A program made the position numbers and the translations under genes. From an uncultured Alphaproteobacteria bacterium (GTDB lineage Bacteria; Pseudomonadota; Alphaproteobacteria; Rhizobiales; Beijerinckiaceae), in contig CAWCSA010000025.1 of assembly GCA_963798015.1 (NCBI GenBank), positions 43,971 to 107,970 of the forward strand: DNA of 64,000 bases. The letters run 5' to 3'. The notes under the pieces are model-generated. The model was not told where the DNA came from. It made no database searches and worked only from the letters and a program-made list of their open reading frames with translations. Below, piece after piece: positions 36,202 through 45,906 of this stretch (positions are counted from its first letter, which is position 1; every line of letters begins with the position of its first letter).

Positions 36202-36960
36202 TCAGAACCCGCTGACCACATACCCGCCGTCCACGGGCAGGGTCGTCGCGGTGACGAACAGCGCCGCGGCTGAGCAGAAGAAGATCGTTGCGCCGACGAG
36301 GTCGTCGACAGTTCCCCATCGTTTCAGCGCCGCTTTCGCCTCGATTTTCTTCGCGGGCACGGGGTCAGTCCAGAGCCCCTTCGTCATGTCGGTCTTGTGA
36401 TAGCCGGGCGCGATCGCATTGACCCGGATGCCTTCCGGGCCGAAGCGATGGGCGAGCGTGCGGGTCAAACCGAGAAGGCCGGTTTTGCTCGCGGAATAGG
36501 CCGGCACGGCGTCGTCGACGACAAAGCTCAGCATCGAGGCGACGTTCACAATGGCGCCTTTCGACTTCGCGAGCAGCGGCCTCGACGCCATCGAAAGCCG
36601 CATCACGCTGTTGAGATTGACGTCCATCACGTCGAGAAAGTCTGCTTCCTCATATTCCTTCTCCGGCTTGGCGACGCCCGCGGCGTTAATCAGCGCATCG
36701 AGGCTCGCAAACCCGCCGACGAAAGCGTTGATCGCCTTCCGATCGCGCACGTCGAGCAGTTCAAAACGAACGCCTTTTGCCTCGCTGTCAGCGCGTGCGG
36801 CGTCGAGCCGCGCTTGTGAAGCGCCAGTTGCGGTAACTTCGGCGCCGAGCCGTGCGAAGCCTTTTGCAATGGCGAGGCCGATGCCGCTCGTGCCCCCTGA
36901 TATAAGGACGCGCTTGCCGGCGAACAGGTCGGGGCGGAAAGTTGCGAGAATTTCGTCCAT
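36202..36960 (-). CDS. SDR-family oxidoreductase
   Basis: 252 aa. ISGGTSGIGLAIA, YSASKTGL. Confidence 0.9.
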   Translation of the reverse strand: MDEILATFRPDLFAGKRVLISGGTSGIGLAIAKGFARLGAEVTATGASQARLDAARADSEAKGVRFELLDVRDRKAINAFVGGFASLDALINAAGVAKPEKEYEEADFLDVMDVNLNSVMRLSMASRPLLAKSKGAIVNVASMLSFVVDDAVPAYSASKTGLLGLTRTLAHRFGPEGIRVNAIAPGYHKTDMTKGLWTDPVPAKKIEAKAALKRWGTVDDLVGATIFFCSAAALFVTATTLPVDGGYVVSGF

Positions 36961-36974
36961 ACCCAGGATTCTCC

Positions 36975-38483
36975 TCAGGGTGCGGCGGCGAGCGCGTCGA
37001 GGTCGTCGTAGAGCGCCTGTGAATGCGCGTAGAGCCGGTCGAAGACCGGCTGCATCCGGGCGTAGGTGCGCGCCCAGCCCGGGTCCGGCGTCACCTCATC
37101 GACATAGCGCACGTAAGACGCGACTGCGTCTTCGAGTTGGGCGAAACGGCCAACGGCGGTCGCCGCCAGCGCGGCGCAGCCGATGACGCCGCATTCGGGC
37201 TCCTTCGGAACTGCGATCGGGACGCCATAAACGCTTGCCTTGATCTTCAGCCAAAGCTCAGTCTTGGCGCCGCCGCCCGAGGCTATGACTCGCTCGAGCG
37301 CGCGGCCGGCGGCTTTCTCCATGATACGGAGGTGGCGGGCGGCGGCGAAGGCGACGCCCTCAAGGACGGCGCGATGAAGATGCGCGAGCCCATGCCCCGC
37401 CCCGAGCCCGAAGAACTGCGCCCGCGCATTGCGGTGCGCGCCGAGCCTCTCGCCGGTGAGATAAGGCATGAAGAAGAGGCCGTCTGAGCCCGCGGGCGCC
37501 GAGGCGGCGCGCGCGGTGATGTCGCTATAGGCGAGCGCCTTCTCGTGAAACGCCCGCCGCGCCCACCGCATCGCGTCGCCACCCGTTTCGAGCAGGACGA
37601 ACGGCCCCCAATGGCCCTCGATGGTCGCGACGTTGCAGACTTCGGGGTCGAGCAGCGGCGCGTCGGCGATCAGCGTGAGAATGCAGGACGTGCCCGTGAC
37701 GTCAGAGGCGAGGCCGGGCCGACAGGCGCCGGAGCCGAGCAACGCCATCGGATAGTCGGCGCCGCCGACCAGTACAGGCGTTCCTTCGTGCAGTCCCGTC
37801 TCGCGCGCCGCTTCGGCCGTGACTGCGCCAAGAATCTCCAACGGCTCCCGGATCGACGGCAGCTTGGCGGCGTCGAGGTCGAGCAGACCGATCATCGTCT
37901 CCGACCAGCGGCGCGCTTTCGGATTCATGAGGAAGCTGCATGAGGCGTCCCCAGAATCCATCGCGATCTCGCCGGTGAGACGAAGATTGATGTAGTCCTT
38001 CGGCATGAGGACCGCGCGTGCAGCTTCATAAGCCGCTGGATCGTTCCGCTTAAGCCACAACAGTTTGAACGCTGGCCAGGCAGGGGTCGGCGGGTTGCCG
38101 CTCTCGGCGAGATATGCCGAGGCGCCGTACTCGCGCTCGAAGTCAGCGACAAGGCCTGCAGTGCGCTTGTCGTTCCATAACGGGGCCGCTTCGCGCGTCG
38201 GCTGCCCCCTGTCGTCGACGAGCACCGTGCCGTGCATCTGGCCGCATGCGCAGATGGCGGCAACCCGCTCGCGTCCGTTCTCGACTGCGGCGAGCGCGTC
38301 GCGGATCGAGGCGGAGACGCCGTCCCACCAGTCGAGCGGCCTCTGCTCCGCCCAGCCAAATTGCGGCACAATCTGGTCAAGCTCGCGCGCGGCGATGTGA
38401 AGGATCTCGCCCGCCAAATCCACCAGCGCGGCCCGGACGCTTCCGGTGCCGACGTCGATGGAAAGGGTCAGATCGCGGGCCAT
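36975..38483 (-). CDS. FGGY-family carbohydrate kinase (xylulokinase-like)
   Basis: 502 aa. SIDVGTGSVRAALVD, GQMHGTVLVD, ASGGGAKTELWLKIKASV. Confidence 0.9.
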   Translation of the reverse strand: MARDLTLSIDVGTGSVRAALVDLAGEILHIAARELDQIVPQFGWAEQRPLDWWDGVSASIRDALAAVENGRERVAAICACGQMHGTVLVDDRGQPTREAAPLWNDKRTAGLVADFEREYGASAYLAESGNPPTPAWPAFKLLWLKRNDPAAYEAARAVLMPKDYINLRLTGEIAMDSGDASCSFLMNPKARRWSETMIGLLDLDAAKLPSIREPLEILGAVTAEAARETGLHEGTPVLVGGADYPMALLGSGACRPGLASDVTGTSCILTLIADAPLLDPEVCNVATIEGHWGPFVLLETGGDAMRWARRAFHEKALAYSDITARAASAPAGSDGLFFMPYLTGERLGAHRNARAQFFGLGAGHGLAHLHRAVLEGVAFAAARHLRIMEKAAGRALERVIASGGGAKTELWLKIKASVYGVPIAVPKEPECGVIGCAALAATAVGRFAQLEDAVASYVRYVDEVTPDPGWARTYARMQPVFDRLYAHSQALYDDLDALAAAP

Positions 38484-38487
38484 GCGC

Positions 38488-39477
38488 TCAGTGCTTCAGC
38501 GATCCGGCGCCGTACTGAATCAGCATGGCGAGGACGATGATCAGCCCCATGTAGACGTTCTGGTTATAGCCCGGAACGCCCGCGAGATTCATGATATTGG
38601 CGATGATGCCCATGACCAGCGCCCCGAGCAGCGTGTTGATCACGCCGCCGCGTCCGCCCATGAGGCTCGCGCCGCCGATGACCACCGCCGCGATCACGTC
38701 GAGCTCCGCTCCGACCCCGACCTGCGCGGAGCCCACGCCGGTGCGGCTCGTGGCGATGATCCCGGCGACAGCCGCAAGGGCCCCCGAGATCACGTAGACC
38801 GAAACGATGTAGCGCGGCACCGGAATGCCCGACAGGCGCACTGCTTCCTCGTTGGAGCCAATGGCGGTGATGATGCGGCCGAAACTCGTAAAGTTGAGCA
38901 CGATCCCGCCGACGATGAAGATAGCGAACATGAGGATGACGGGTTGCGGCAGGCCGAACAGGAAGCCGGAGCCGAAATCGGCGAGCGGGTCGCCGCTGTC
39001 GCCAAGCGGAATGGGCCGGCCGGCCGAGAAGATCAGGGACAGGCCGCGCGCGATCGCCATCATCGCCAGCGACATGACGAAGGAGGGCAGCTTCAGATAG
39101 GCGACGAACGCCCCGGTCACGACGCCGCACGCCGCACCGGACAGAACGACCAGTAAAATGCTGACCGGCATGCTGAAGCCGGAGAAGGCGATGAAATAGG
39201 CGCTCAGCACGCTGCCGAGTGCGGCGATCGAACCGACCGACAGATCGATGCCGCGCGTCAGGATGACGTAGAGCATCCCGACCGCCATGATGCCGGAGCT
39301 CGAGGCCACCTGCCTGAGCACATTGAGCAAGTTTGGCTTGGTCAGAAAGCTCGGCGACCAGAAGGAGGCGGCCACGACCAGCACGATGAAGATGCCAAGA
39401 GTGCCGAAGCGGTGAAGGAAAACGCCAAAATCAAACCGCCGTCCGCTGTCCGCCGGGGCTCCGGTCATCGCCGTCAT
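38488..39477 (-). CDS. Sugar ABC transporter permease (ribose/xylose type)
   Basis: 329 aa, polytopic. GIDLSVGS motif. Confidence 0.9.
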   Translation of the reverse strand: MTAMTGAPADSGRRFDFGVFLHRFGTLGIFIVLVVAASFWSPSFLTKPNLLNVLRQVASSSGIMAVGMLYVILTRGIDLSVGSIAALGSVLSAYFIAFSGFSMPVSILLVVLSGAACGVVTGAFVAYLKLPSFVMSLAMMAIARGLSLIFSAGRPIPLGDSGDPLADFGSGFLFGLPQPVILMFAIFIVGGIVLNFTSFGRIITAIGSNEEAVRLSGIPVPRYIVSVYVISGALAAVAGIIATSRTGVGSAQVGVGAELDVIAAVVIGGASLMGGRGGVINTLLGALVMGIIANIMNLAGVPGYNQNVYMGLIIVLAMLIQYGAGSLKH

Positions 39478-39480
39478 TGG

Positions 39481-40986
39481 TTAGGCCGCCTTTGTGGGTG
39501 ATGCGCTTCGGGAGATGGCCAATGAGAGCAGCTTCTCCTCGCTGTAATCCGCCGGCGCCAGTTCCCCGCGCAATTGCCCCTCGCCCATGACGAGGATGCG
39601 GTCGCAGAGGCCGAAGAGCTCTTGATGCTCAGAGGAAATGGCGAGCACCGCCTTGCCTTCTTCGGCGAGTTTGAGAATGAGGCCATAGATCTCGCTCTTC
39701 GCACCCACGTCGACGCCGCGCGTCGGTTCGTCGAGGATGATGATGTCGCCGCCGGCGAGGAACCATTTGGCCAGCACGACCTTCTGCTGGTTGCCGCCCG
39801 AGAGGCTCGAGACCGGCGCCTCGATGCGTGGGGCCTTGAGCCTGAGGCTTGCGCCAAGGTCTGTGACAATCTTGTGCTCGACCGCCCGGCGGATGAAGCC
39901 GAACCGATTCACGGCCGCGGAAAGCCGCGCCATCGTGACGTTGACGCGGATCGGCGCATCGAGGACCACGCCCTGCGCCTTGCGGTCCTCGGGCACGAGG
40001 CACACACCCGCTTTCACCGCGTCCTTCGGCGAGCGCAGCTTGCGTTCCGTTCCGTCCAGGACGATCGCCCCGCTCTCCAGCCTGTCGGCGCCAAAGATCA
40101 CCCGGGCGACCTCGGTGCGGCCCGATCCGACGAGGCCGCCAAGCCCCACAATCTCGCCCGCGCGCACAGAGAAGCTGATGTCGCGCACGAGCCGGCCCGC
40201 CTGCAGGTTGCGGACGACGAGCCGCTCCTCGCCGAGCCTGCGCGGCTTCTTCTCCGGGAACAGCGCCGCCATCGCGCGGCCGACCATCATGCGGATCATC
40301 TCGTCGATCGTGAGGTCGGCCGCGGCCTTCGTCGCCACGACCTGCCCATCCTTCATCACCGTCACGCGGTCGGCGATGCTCAACACCTCTTCGAGGCGGT
40401 GCGAGATATAGACGACGCCGACGCCTTCCGAGCGCAGGCGTCCGATGATCTCGTGCAGCCGCTCGGCGTCCTGCGCCGAAAGCACTGCGGTCGGTTCATC
40501 GAAGACGATGATCTTGACCTTGCGCGAGAGCGCCTTGGCGATCTCGACCACCTGCTGATGCGCGACCGCAAGGCTTCCGGCGCGGCGCCCCGGATCGATT
40601 TCGAATCCAAGCGAAGCGATCAGCTCGGAGGCGCGCCGCCTGAGCGCGCCGAAGGAGATGAGCCCCGACAATTCGCCGAGAAAGATGTTCTCCGCCACCG
40701 ATAGATCCGGCGCGAGCGCCAGCTCCTGATGGATGATGGCGATGCCATGCGCGCGGGCCTCGCGCGGCCCGCGGAACTCGACCGGCTTGCCGTCGATTCT
40801 GACCTCGCCGCTGCTCGGCGCCATCTCGCCGCCGAGCACGCGCATGAGCGTGGACTTGCCGGCGCCGTTCTCGCCGACCAGCGCGTGGACCTCGCCCGTC
40901 TGAACGTCAAAATCGACACCGCGCAAGGCGCGCACGCCGCCAAAGGATTTTGTAATGGCCGTAAGGCTGGCGATTTCGGCCATCAC
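39481..40986 (-). CDS. Sugar ABC transporter ATP-binding protein (duplicated ATPase)
   Basis: 501 aa. Two nucleotide-binding domains: GENGAGKST and LSGGNQQK. Confidence 0.9.
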   Translation of the reverse strand: MMAEIASLTAITKSFGGVRALRGVDFDVQTGEVHALVGENGAGKSTLMRVLGGEMAPSSGEVRIDGKPVEFRGPREARAHGIAIIHQELALAPDLSVAENIFLGELSGLISFGALRRRASELIASLGFEIDPGRRAGSLAVAHQQVVEIAKALSRKVKIIVFDEPTAVLSAQDAERLHEIIGRLRSEGVGVVYISHRLEEVLSIADRVTVMKDGQVVATKAAADLTIDEMIRMMVGRAMAALFPEKKPRRLGEERLVVRNLQAGRLVRDISFSVRAGEIVGLGGLVGSGRTEVARVIFGADRLESGAIVLDGTERKLRSPKDAVKAGVCLVPEDRKAQGVVLDAPIRVNVTMARLSAAVNRFGFIRRAVEHKIVTDLGASLRLKAPRIEAPVSSLSGGNQQKVVLAKWFLAGGDIIILDEPTRGVDVGAKSEIYGLILKLAEEGKAVLAISSEHQELFGLCDRILVMGEGQLRGELAPADYSEEKLLSLAISRSASPTKAA

Positions 40987-41069
40987 GCCTCATGGGGGAA
41001 GGACGGGCGGAGACGCGAGCCCCGCCTCTGGTTTCCGTCGGATCGCGAATCTTGCAGGATCCGCGCGGC

Positions 41070-42038
41070 TTAGAACACTGCATCCTTGCGATAGTACTTG
41101 TCGACGTTCTCCTGGGTGATCACGTCGGGCTTGGTAAGGACGAGCTTGGGAAAATCGGCCGGAAGGTCGCCCTTGAGCGCCTTGACGCCGATGTCGACGG
41201 CGGTGCGCGCCACGAGAGCGGGATCGTTGAGGCCGGTCGCGCCATACTTGCCTTCCTTGATGAGTTCGAGCGCTTCCTTCTGGCCGTCGGCGGCGGCGAG
41301 CACCAGTACGCCCTTCTTGTTGGCGGCCTCGAGCGCCTTGATCGCGCCGAGCACCATCGAGTCGTTCTCGCCGAGAATGACGTTGGCGTCCGGATGGGCT
41401 TGCAACTGGTCTTCCGCAGCTTTCAGACCTCCATCCGTCGACCACGCGCCCCAGCCCTGGCCGAGCACCTCAAAGCCGGCATGGCCATCGTCGACGAGCT
41501 GGCCCTCCAACAGACCCTTGAAGACGCCGAGGCGCCGGTCGCGGCCGACCTCGTTACCCTGCGAGCCCGATAGCAGGATCATCTTGATCGGCTTGCCCTC
41601 CATCTTTTTGGCGAGCCACTCGCCGACCAGAAATCCGTTCTGGTCATTCGACGAACGCACCTGGGTGACGACGTGCGCCTTGGGGTTGATGCTTGAATCC
41701 ATCACCACGACCTTGACGCCAGCCTTGGTGGCCGCGTTCGCCGCGGCGACGAGGCCCTCGGGGTCGCGAGGATTAAGGATCAGCAGGTTGACGCCCTTGG
41801 CGACCATGTCCTCGATGTCGGCGATTTGCTTGCCCATGTCGTTCTGGCCGTCGGACTGCGAAACCTCGCATCCGGCCTTCTTGGCCTCATCGGCCGCGGC
41901 CGCGAGCTGGGCGGCGAAATAGGGAGCGCTCAGCGTGTACATGGCGATCCCGACCTTGCAATCGGCTGCCTCCGCCGCGCCGTAGGCGCCGGCCGTGAGA
42001 ACGGCGGCGAGCGCTATCGCCGAAATGGCTGTCTTCAT
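41070..42038 (-). CDS. Sugar ABC transporter substrate-binding protein (LacI/RbsB-type fold)
   Basis: 322 aa with signal peptide MKTAISAIALAAVLTAGAYGAAEA. Confidence 0.9.
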   Translation of the reverse strand: MKTAISAIALAAVLTAGAYGAAEAADCKVGIAMYTLSAPYFAAQLAAAADEAKKAGCEVSQSDGQNDMGKQIADIEDMVAKGVNLLILNPRDPEGLVAAANAATKAGVKVVVMDSSINPKAHVVTQVRSSNDQNGFLVGEWLAKKMEGKPIKMILLSGSQGNEVGRDRRLGVFKGLLEGQLVDDGHAGFEVLGQGWGAWSTDGGLKAAEDQLQAHPDANVILGENDSMVLGAIKALEAANKKGVLVLAAADGQKEALELIKEGKYGATGLNDPALVARTAVDIGVKALKGDLPADFPKLVLTKPDVITQENVDKYYRKDAVF

Positions 42039-42085
42039 CAGTTTCCTCCACCATCGTTGTTTTTAGGCCCATGAAAGGCACACTT

Positions 42086-42100
42086 TGTAGCCTAAATACA
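42086..42100. promoter_or_regulatory. Candidate operator half-conserved palindrome TGTAGCCTAAATACA
   Basis: Lies in the AT-rich divergent intergenic region, about 48 nt upstream of the SBP start at 42038. Confidence 0.35.
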
Positions 42101-42252
42101 GAATTGGTTTACGTCAAGCTTGTTCTGACGTATAAAATTTGAACTCATCGCCCATTTAAGCAAGTGTGCGCTGCGCAACGACGATTTTATGTCTAAACTA
42201 TGGTCTTAACGTGTCACTTTAGAGAGATTGAGTAGGCGTGTATTGACTTTAA

Positions 42253-42267
42253 TGTAGTAAAACTACA
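42253..42267. promoter_or_regulatory. Candidate operator, perfect palindrome TGTAGTAAAACTACA
   Basis: 6-3-6 perfect inverted repeat about 40 nt upstream of the cupin PGI start at 42307. Confidence 0.4.
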
Positions 42268-42306
42268 GACTGCCCGCGATGCCTTAATTTCCTGAAAGGG
42301 AGGAAA

Positions 42307-42933
42307 ATGACGCTGATCGAACCAGGCGTTTGTCGCGTGGACGTCATTCGCGGCCAACTCGTGGGCGCCACAAACCGCTACGTGAAAACCCTCGCCGACC
42401 TGGATGGCCTCTATGAGGACGCCGTTGCGTTCGACGCACTGAAAGGCGTGATGAAGGACGAGGTCGTCTACGAAGTCACCGACTACAAGCCCTCGACCAA
42501 CCCAGGCGACATGATCATGGGGGTGACGCGCATTCGGCCCGGAAAGGTCGGACGTGAATATTTCCTCACGCGCGGCCACGTCCACGCCAACGCGAACCGG
42601 CCAGAAATGTACTACGGCGAGAGTGGATGCGGCTTGATGTTGCTCGAATCTCCCGAAGGCGAAATTCGAACCGTCGAGATCGAAGCGCGGACCCTCTGCT
42701 ACGTTCCACCCTTCTGGATTCATCGTTCCGTCAACACTGGCTCTGCCCAGTTGGTGATGACCTTCGCATATCCTGCCGACGCCGGTCAGGACTACGCAAT
42801 CATCGAAGAAGCGGGTGGCATGAAGAGTCGCGTGGTCGATGATGGGAAGAGCGGATGGATGCTGATCGACAATGCGGGATACCGAGGGCGGTCCGCTAGG
42901 CGAGTCGAGCGCGTTTATGCATCCGCCTTGTAA
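42307..42933 (+). CDS. Cupin-type (archaeal-type) glucose-6-phosphate isomerase family protein
   Basis: RBS gggagg. Collinear with my recollection of Pyrococcus furiosus PGI: VVYEV, RPGKVGREYFLTRGHVHANANRPEMYYG, LMLLESPEG, YVPPFWIHRSVNTG, AYPADAGQDY. Confidence 0.85.
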   Translation: MTLIEPGVCRVDVIRGQLVGATNRYVKTLADLDGLYEDAVAFDALKGVMKDEVVYEVTDYKPSTNPGDMIMGVTRIRPGKVGREYFLTRGHVHANANRPEMYYGESGCGLMLLESPEGEIRTVEIEARTLCYVPPFWIHRSVNTGSAQLVMTFAYPADAGQDYAIIEEAGGMKSRVVDDGKSGWMLIDNAGYRGRSARRVERVYASAL

Positions 42934-43053
42934 GATCTCGCGAGACGTTCCTGCGTCGGGCGACCTCCCTCACTCGGCTCGTCGCGCTTGGGACGGCCTA
43001 AAAGTGAGCCGACGGACCGCGCGAAATCCTCACCGCATGACGAGCGTTTGGCG

Positions 43054-44016
43054 ATGACGAAGTTCGAACACGCGACTACGCCGACGCTCTATTTCTTTGG
43101 CGTGACCACCGCAAAGAGTTCGATCATGAAGGTGTTCCCGGCCTGGGCGAAACACCTCGGCCTTCGCGACGCCGTCATCAAGGGAATCGACTTTCCGTTG
43201 CACGCTCCGCGCGAGGCCTATCGCGCCGCGGTCACGTTCCTGAAGAATGACGCCAACTCGCTCGGCGCGCTGGTCACCACGCACAAGATCGACCTCTATC
43301 ACGCTTGCCGCGACCTTTTTGATGTCATCGACCCGCACGCGATCTTCATGGGCGAAACAAGCTGCCTTTCGAAACAGGGCGGCAAGCTCGTTTGCCACGC
43401 TAAAGACCCGATTTCTTCCGGCCTCACTCTTGATGGTTTCCTTCCCGAGCGGCACTTCCAACAAACCGGCGCCGAACTGTTTTCCATGGGCGCCGGCGGC
43501 TCAACGATCGCGCTAACCTGGCACCTGATGCAGAAGGCCCGCGGCGCCGACCGGCCCTCTCGGATCGTCGTTTCTAACCGAAGCCAGGCGCGGCTTCAGG
43601 AGATCCGCCGGATTCATGCGGAGCTCCATTCCGGTGTTCCGACCGAATACGTCGTCGCCCCACAGGCGAGCGACAATGACGCGGTGCTCGCAAACCTGCG
43701 TCCCGCCTCACTCGTGATCAACGCCACGGGTCTCGGCAAAGATGCGCCCGGCTCGCCGCTGACTACCGGGGCACGCTTTCCCGAACGTTCCATCGTCTGG
43801 GACCTCAACTATCGCGGCGATCTCGTCTTTCTCGATCAGGCGTGTGCACAAGAAACGAGCCGCTCGCTCCAGATCGAGGATGGCTGGACATATTTCCTGC
43901 ACGGCTGGACACAGGTCATCGCGGAGGTCTTCCATATTCGGATCCCCGCTCACGGTCCGGAATTCGAGACTTTATCAAGGATCGCTCAGAGCACAGCAAC
44001 GACGCCGACGGCTTGA
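43054..44016 (+). CDS. Shikimate dehydrogenase family (AroE-like) protein
   Basis: From ATG 43054. FFGVTTAKSSIMKVFPAWAKHLGL, GALVTTHK, GAGGSTIA Rossmann motif, VINATGLG. Confidence 0.8.
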   Translation: MTKFEHATTPTLYFFGVTTAKSSIMKVFPAWAKHLGLRDAVIKGIDFPLHAPREAYRAAVTFLKNDANSLGALVTTHKIDLYHACRDLFDVIDPHAIFMGETSCLSKQGGKLVCHAKDPISSGLTLDGFLPERHFQQTGAELFSMGAGGSTIALTWHLMQKARGADRPSRIVVSNRSQARLQEIRRIHAELHSGVPTEYVVAPQASDNDAVLANLRPASLVINATGLGKDAPGSPLTTGARFPERSIVWDLNYRGDLVFLDQACAQETSRSLQIEDGWTYFLHGWTQVIAEVFHIRIPAHGPEFETLSRIAQSTATTPTA

Positions 44017-44022
44017 CGCCAG

Positions 44023-44927
44023 ATGAACGGAGATCCGAAGACTGTTCGACTTCCGGTCAATCTTGAGGAGCGACGATTCTCAGGGTCTCTCGCGGCGCGA
44101 TTGGTTGCGGGCGAGGAAGATCCGAAAATCCTTGTTTACTGGCTTGGCCAAGCCGGCTTCGTTTTTCAAGCCGGGGGCGCCGGCTGCTTATCGACCCCTA
44201 CCTCTCGGACACGCTCGCGGACAAGTATCGAGGCAGCGCGACGCCGCATGAGCGAATGGCGCCCCCTCCGATCGATTTGTGTGAGCTTGGGAAAGTCGAT
44301 CTTGTCCTTGCGACGCACCATCATACTGATCACATGGATCCGGGAACTCTGTCGCCCCTTGCGCAAGCGCAGTCGTCCCTGCGCTTTGTTGTCCCGCGAG
44401 CAAGCCGCGCGGAGGCGCTCAAGCGTACCGGCGTGTTTGGGAATCGGCTCGTTCTATTGGACGCGGACGAAACATTTGCGCCCTGGCCGGCCTTTTCGGT
44501 GGTGGCCCTCCGCGCCGCTCACGAAACGCTAGAGCGAGACGAGGAAGGCAATCATCGTTTTCTCGGCTATGGGTTGGTGTTTAGGCAGGCGGGGCGGCCA
44601 GACATCACGGTGATTCATTCCGGCGACACGATCCCGTTCAAAGGGCAATTGGAAGAGATCCGCAAGTTGCGGCCGGACCTTCTACTTTTGCCAGTGAACG
44701 GACGCTCTGCCGCGCTCACCGCTCGTGGAGTTCCGGGTAATCTGACTCTCGATGAAGCCGTGGCGTTGACAATCGACAGCGGCGCGTCGGCGATGATCGC
44801 TCACCACCACGGGCTCTTCGCGTTCAATACGCTTCCGCTCGAAATGATCGAGAGAAAAGCCCGTGAGCCCGACTTGCCTGTCCGGCTCATACCGGCGAGG
44901 GAAGGCTTGGAAGTCAGGATCGGCTGA
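44023..44927 (+). pseudogene. MBL-fold metallohydrolase (UlaG-like superfamily), frame broken at a G5 run
   Basis: Frame 1 gives ...ILVYWLGQAGFVFQAGG up to 44178. The -1 frame continues RRLLIDPYLSDTLADKY...VLATHHHTDHMD... One additional G at 44173-44177 would give a single roughly 301-aa protein. Confidence 0.75.
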
Positions 44928-44968
44928 TCCCGGTCCGCGGATTGGCGCGAGAGGTTGCTTGGGAGGCG

Positions 44969-45862
44969 ATGCTGGAATCCGGCCCGAGACATTCAGGCGT
45001 CAGCGCGCTCGAAAGGGTGCGCGCCGTCCGGCCGAGCTTGCGCAAATCGGAGGCCAAGGTCGCGGACCTGGTGCTCGCGGATCCTGCCCAGGTCTTGGAG
45101 TCCAGCCTCGCTGGGGCCGCCGGTCTCGCAGGCGTGAGCCAACCGACCGTGATCCGCTTCTGCGTCGCGGCTGGCTTCTCCGGCTATCAAGAGTTCAAGC
45201 TTCGGCTTGCTCAGAGTTTGGCGCTCGGACAATCCGCTACACACTCAGTCATTTCGGAGCGGGATGGGCTTGGCGCAGTCGCTGATAAGATTTTCGAATA
45301 CACGCTGACGAGCCTTGATTGGGCGCGTCAGCATCTCGACCGCACCGCTGTGGAGCGGGCAGTCGAAGCTTTTCTCGGCGCGGCCTCGATCACGTTTTTC
45401 GGATTCGGCGCGTCCGCCATCGTTGCGATGGACGCCCAGCAAAAGTTCCCGTTGTTCGACACGCCCTGCCGGGCGGAGGCCGACTCGCATCAGCAGATCA
45501 TGATGGCTTCGATGATGCGCCAGGGCGATGTTTTGACGGCGATCTCGAATACCGGCCGTACACTGCAGATCGTCCAGTCCGTCGAGATTGCGAAGGCGAA
45601 TGGGGCGACGGTGATAGGGATTGTGGGCGCCGAGGGCCCGATCAGCGCGCTATGCGACATAACGATTTTGGTGGAGACGCTGGACAACACAAATGTCTAC
45701 ACGCCGACGACGTCGCGTATCGCAGCGCTCGTGCTGATCGATATCCTCTCGACCGCCGTCGCGCTACGCCGCGAGAGCAGCCATCTGAATCGTCTGAGCC
45801 ACATGAAGCGACGGCTAAACGCTTTCCGTTCCGGGGACGCCGAGCCGGAGTCCCCGGCCTGA
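44969..45862 (+). CDS. RpiR-family transcriptional regulator (HTH + SIS)
   Basis: LRKSEAKVADLVLADP...AGVSQPTVIRFC (HTH_6) followed by a SIS domain. ATG 44969 preferred over TTG 44942. Confidence 0.85.
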   Translation: MLESGPRHSGVSALERVRAVRPSLRKSEAKVADLVLADPAQVLESSLAGAAGLAGVSQPTVIRFCVAAGFSGYQEFKLRLAQSLALGQSATHSVISERDGLGAVADKIFEYTLTSLDWARQHLDRTAVERAVEAFLGAASITFFGFGASAIVAMDAQQKFPLFDTPCRAEADSHQQIMMASMMRQGDVLTAISNTGRTLQIVQSVEIAKANGATVIGIVGAEGPISALCDITILVETLDNTNVYTPTTSRIAALVLIDILSTAVALRRESSHLNRLSHMKRRLNAFRSGDAEPESPA

Positions 45863-45906
45863 CCGAGCGCTTCGCTCAAAACAAGTTCCCAGGAAGGAAG
45901 ACGGCA

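Noticed and set aside
39574-40704. 376-aa plus-strand ORF; similar long ORFs at 38446-39156, 49648-50643, 53206-53823 and 55399-56127
   Set aside because: All are antisense to well-supported ABC transporter genes and have shadow-ORF composition.
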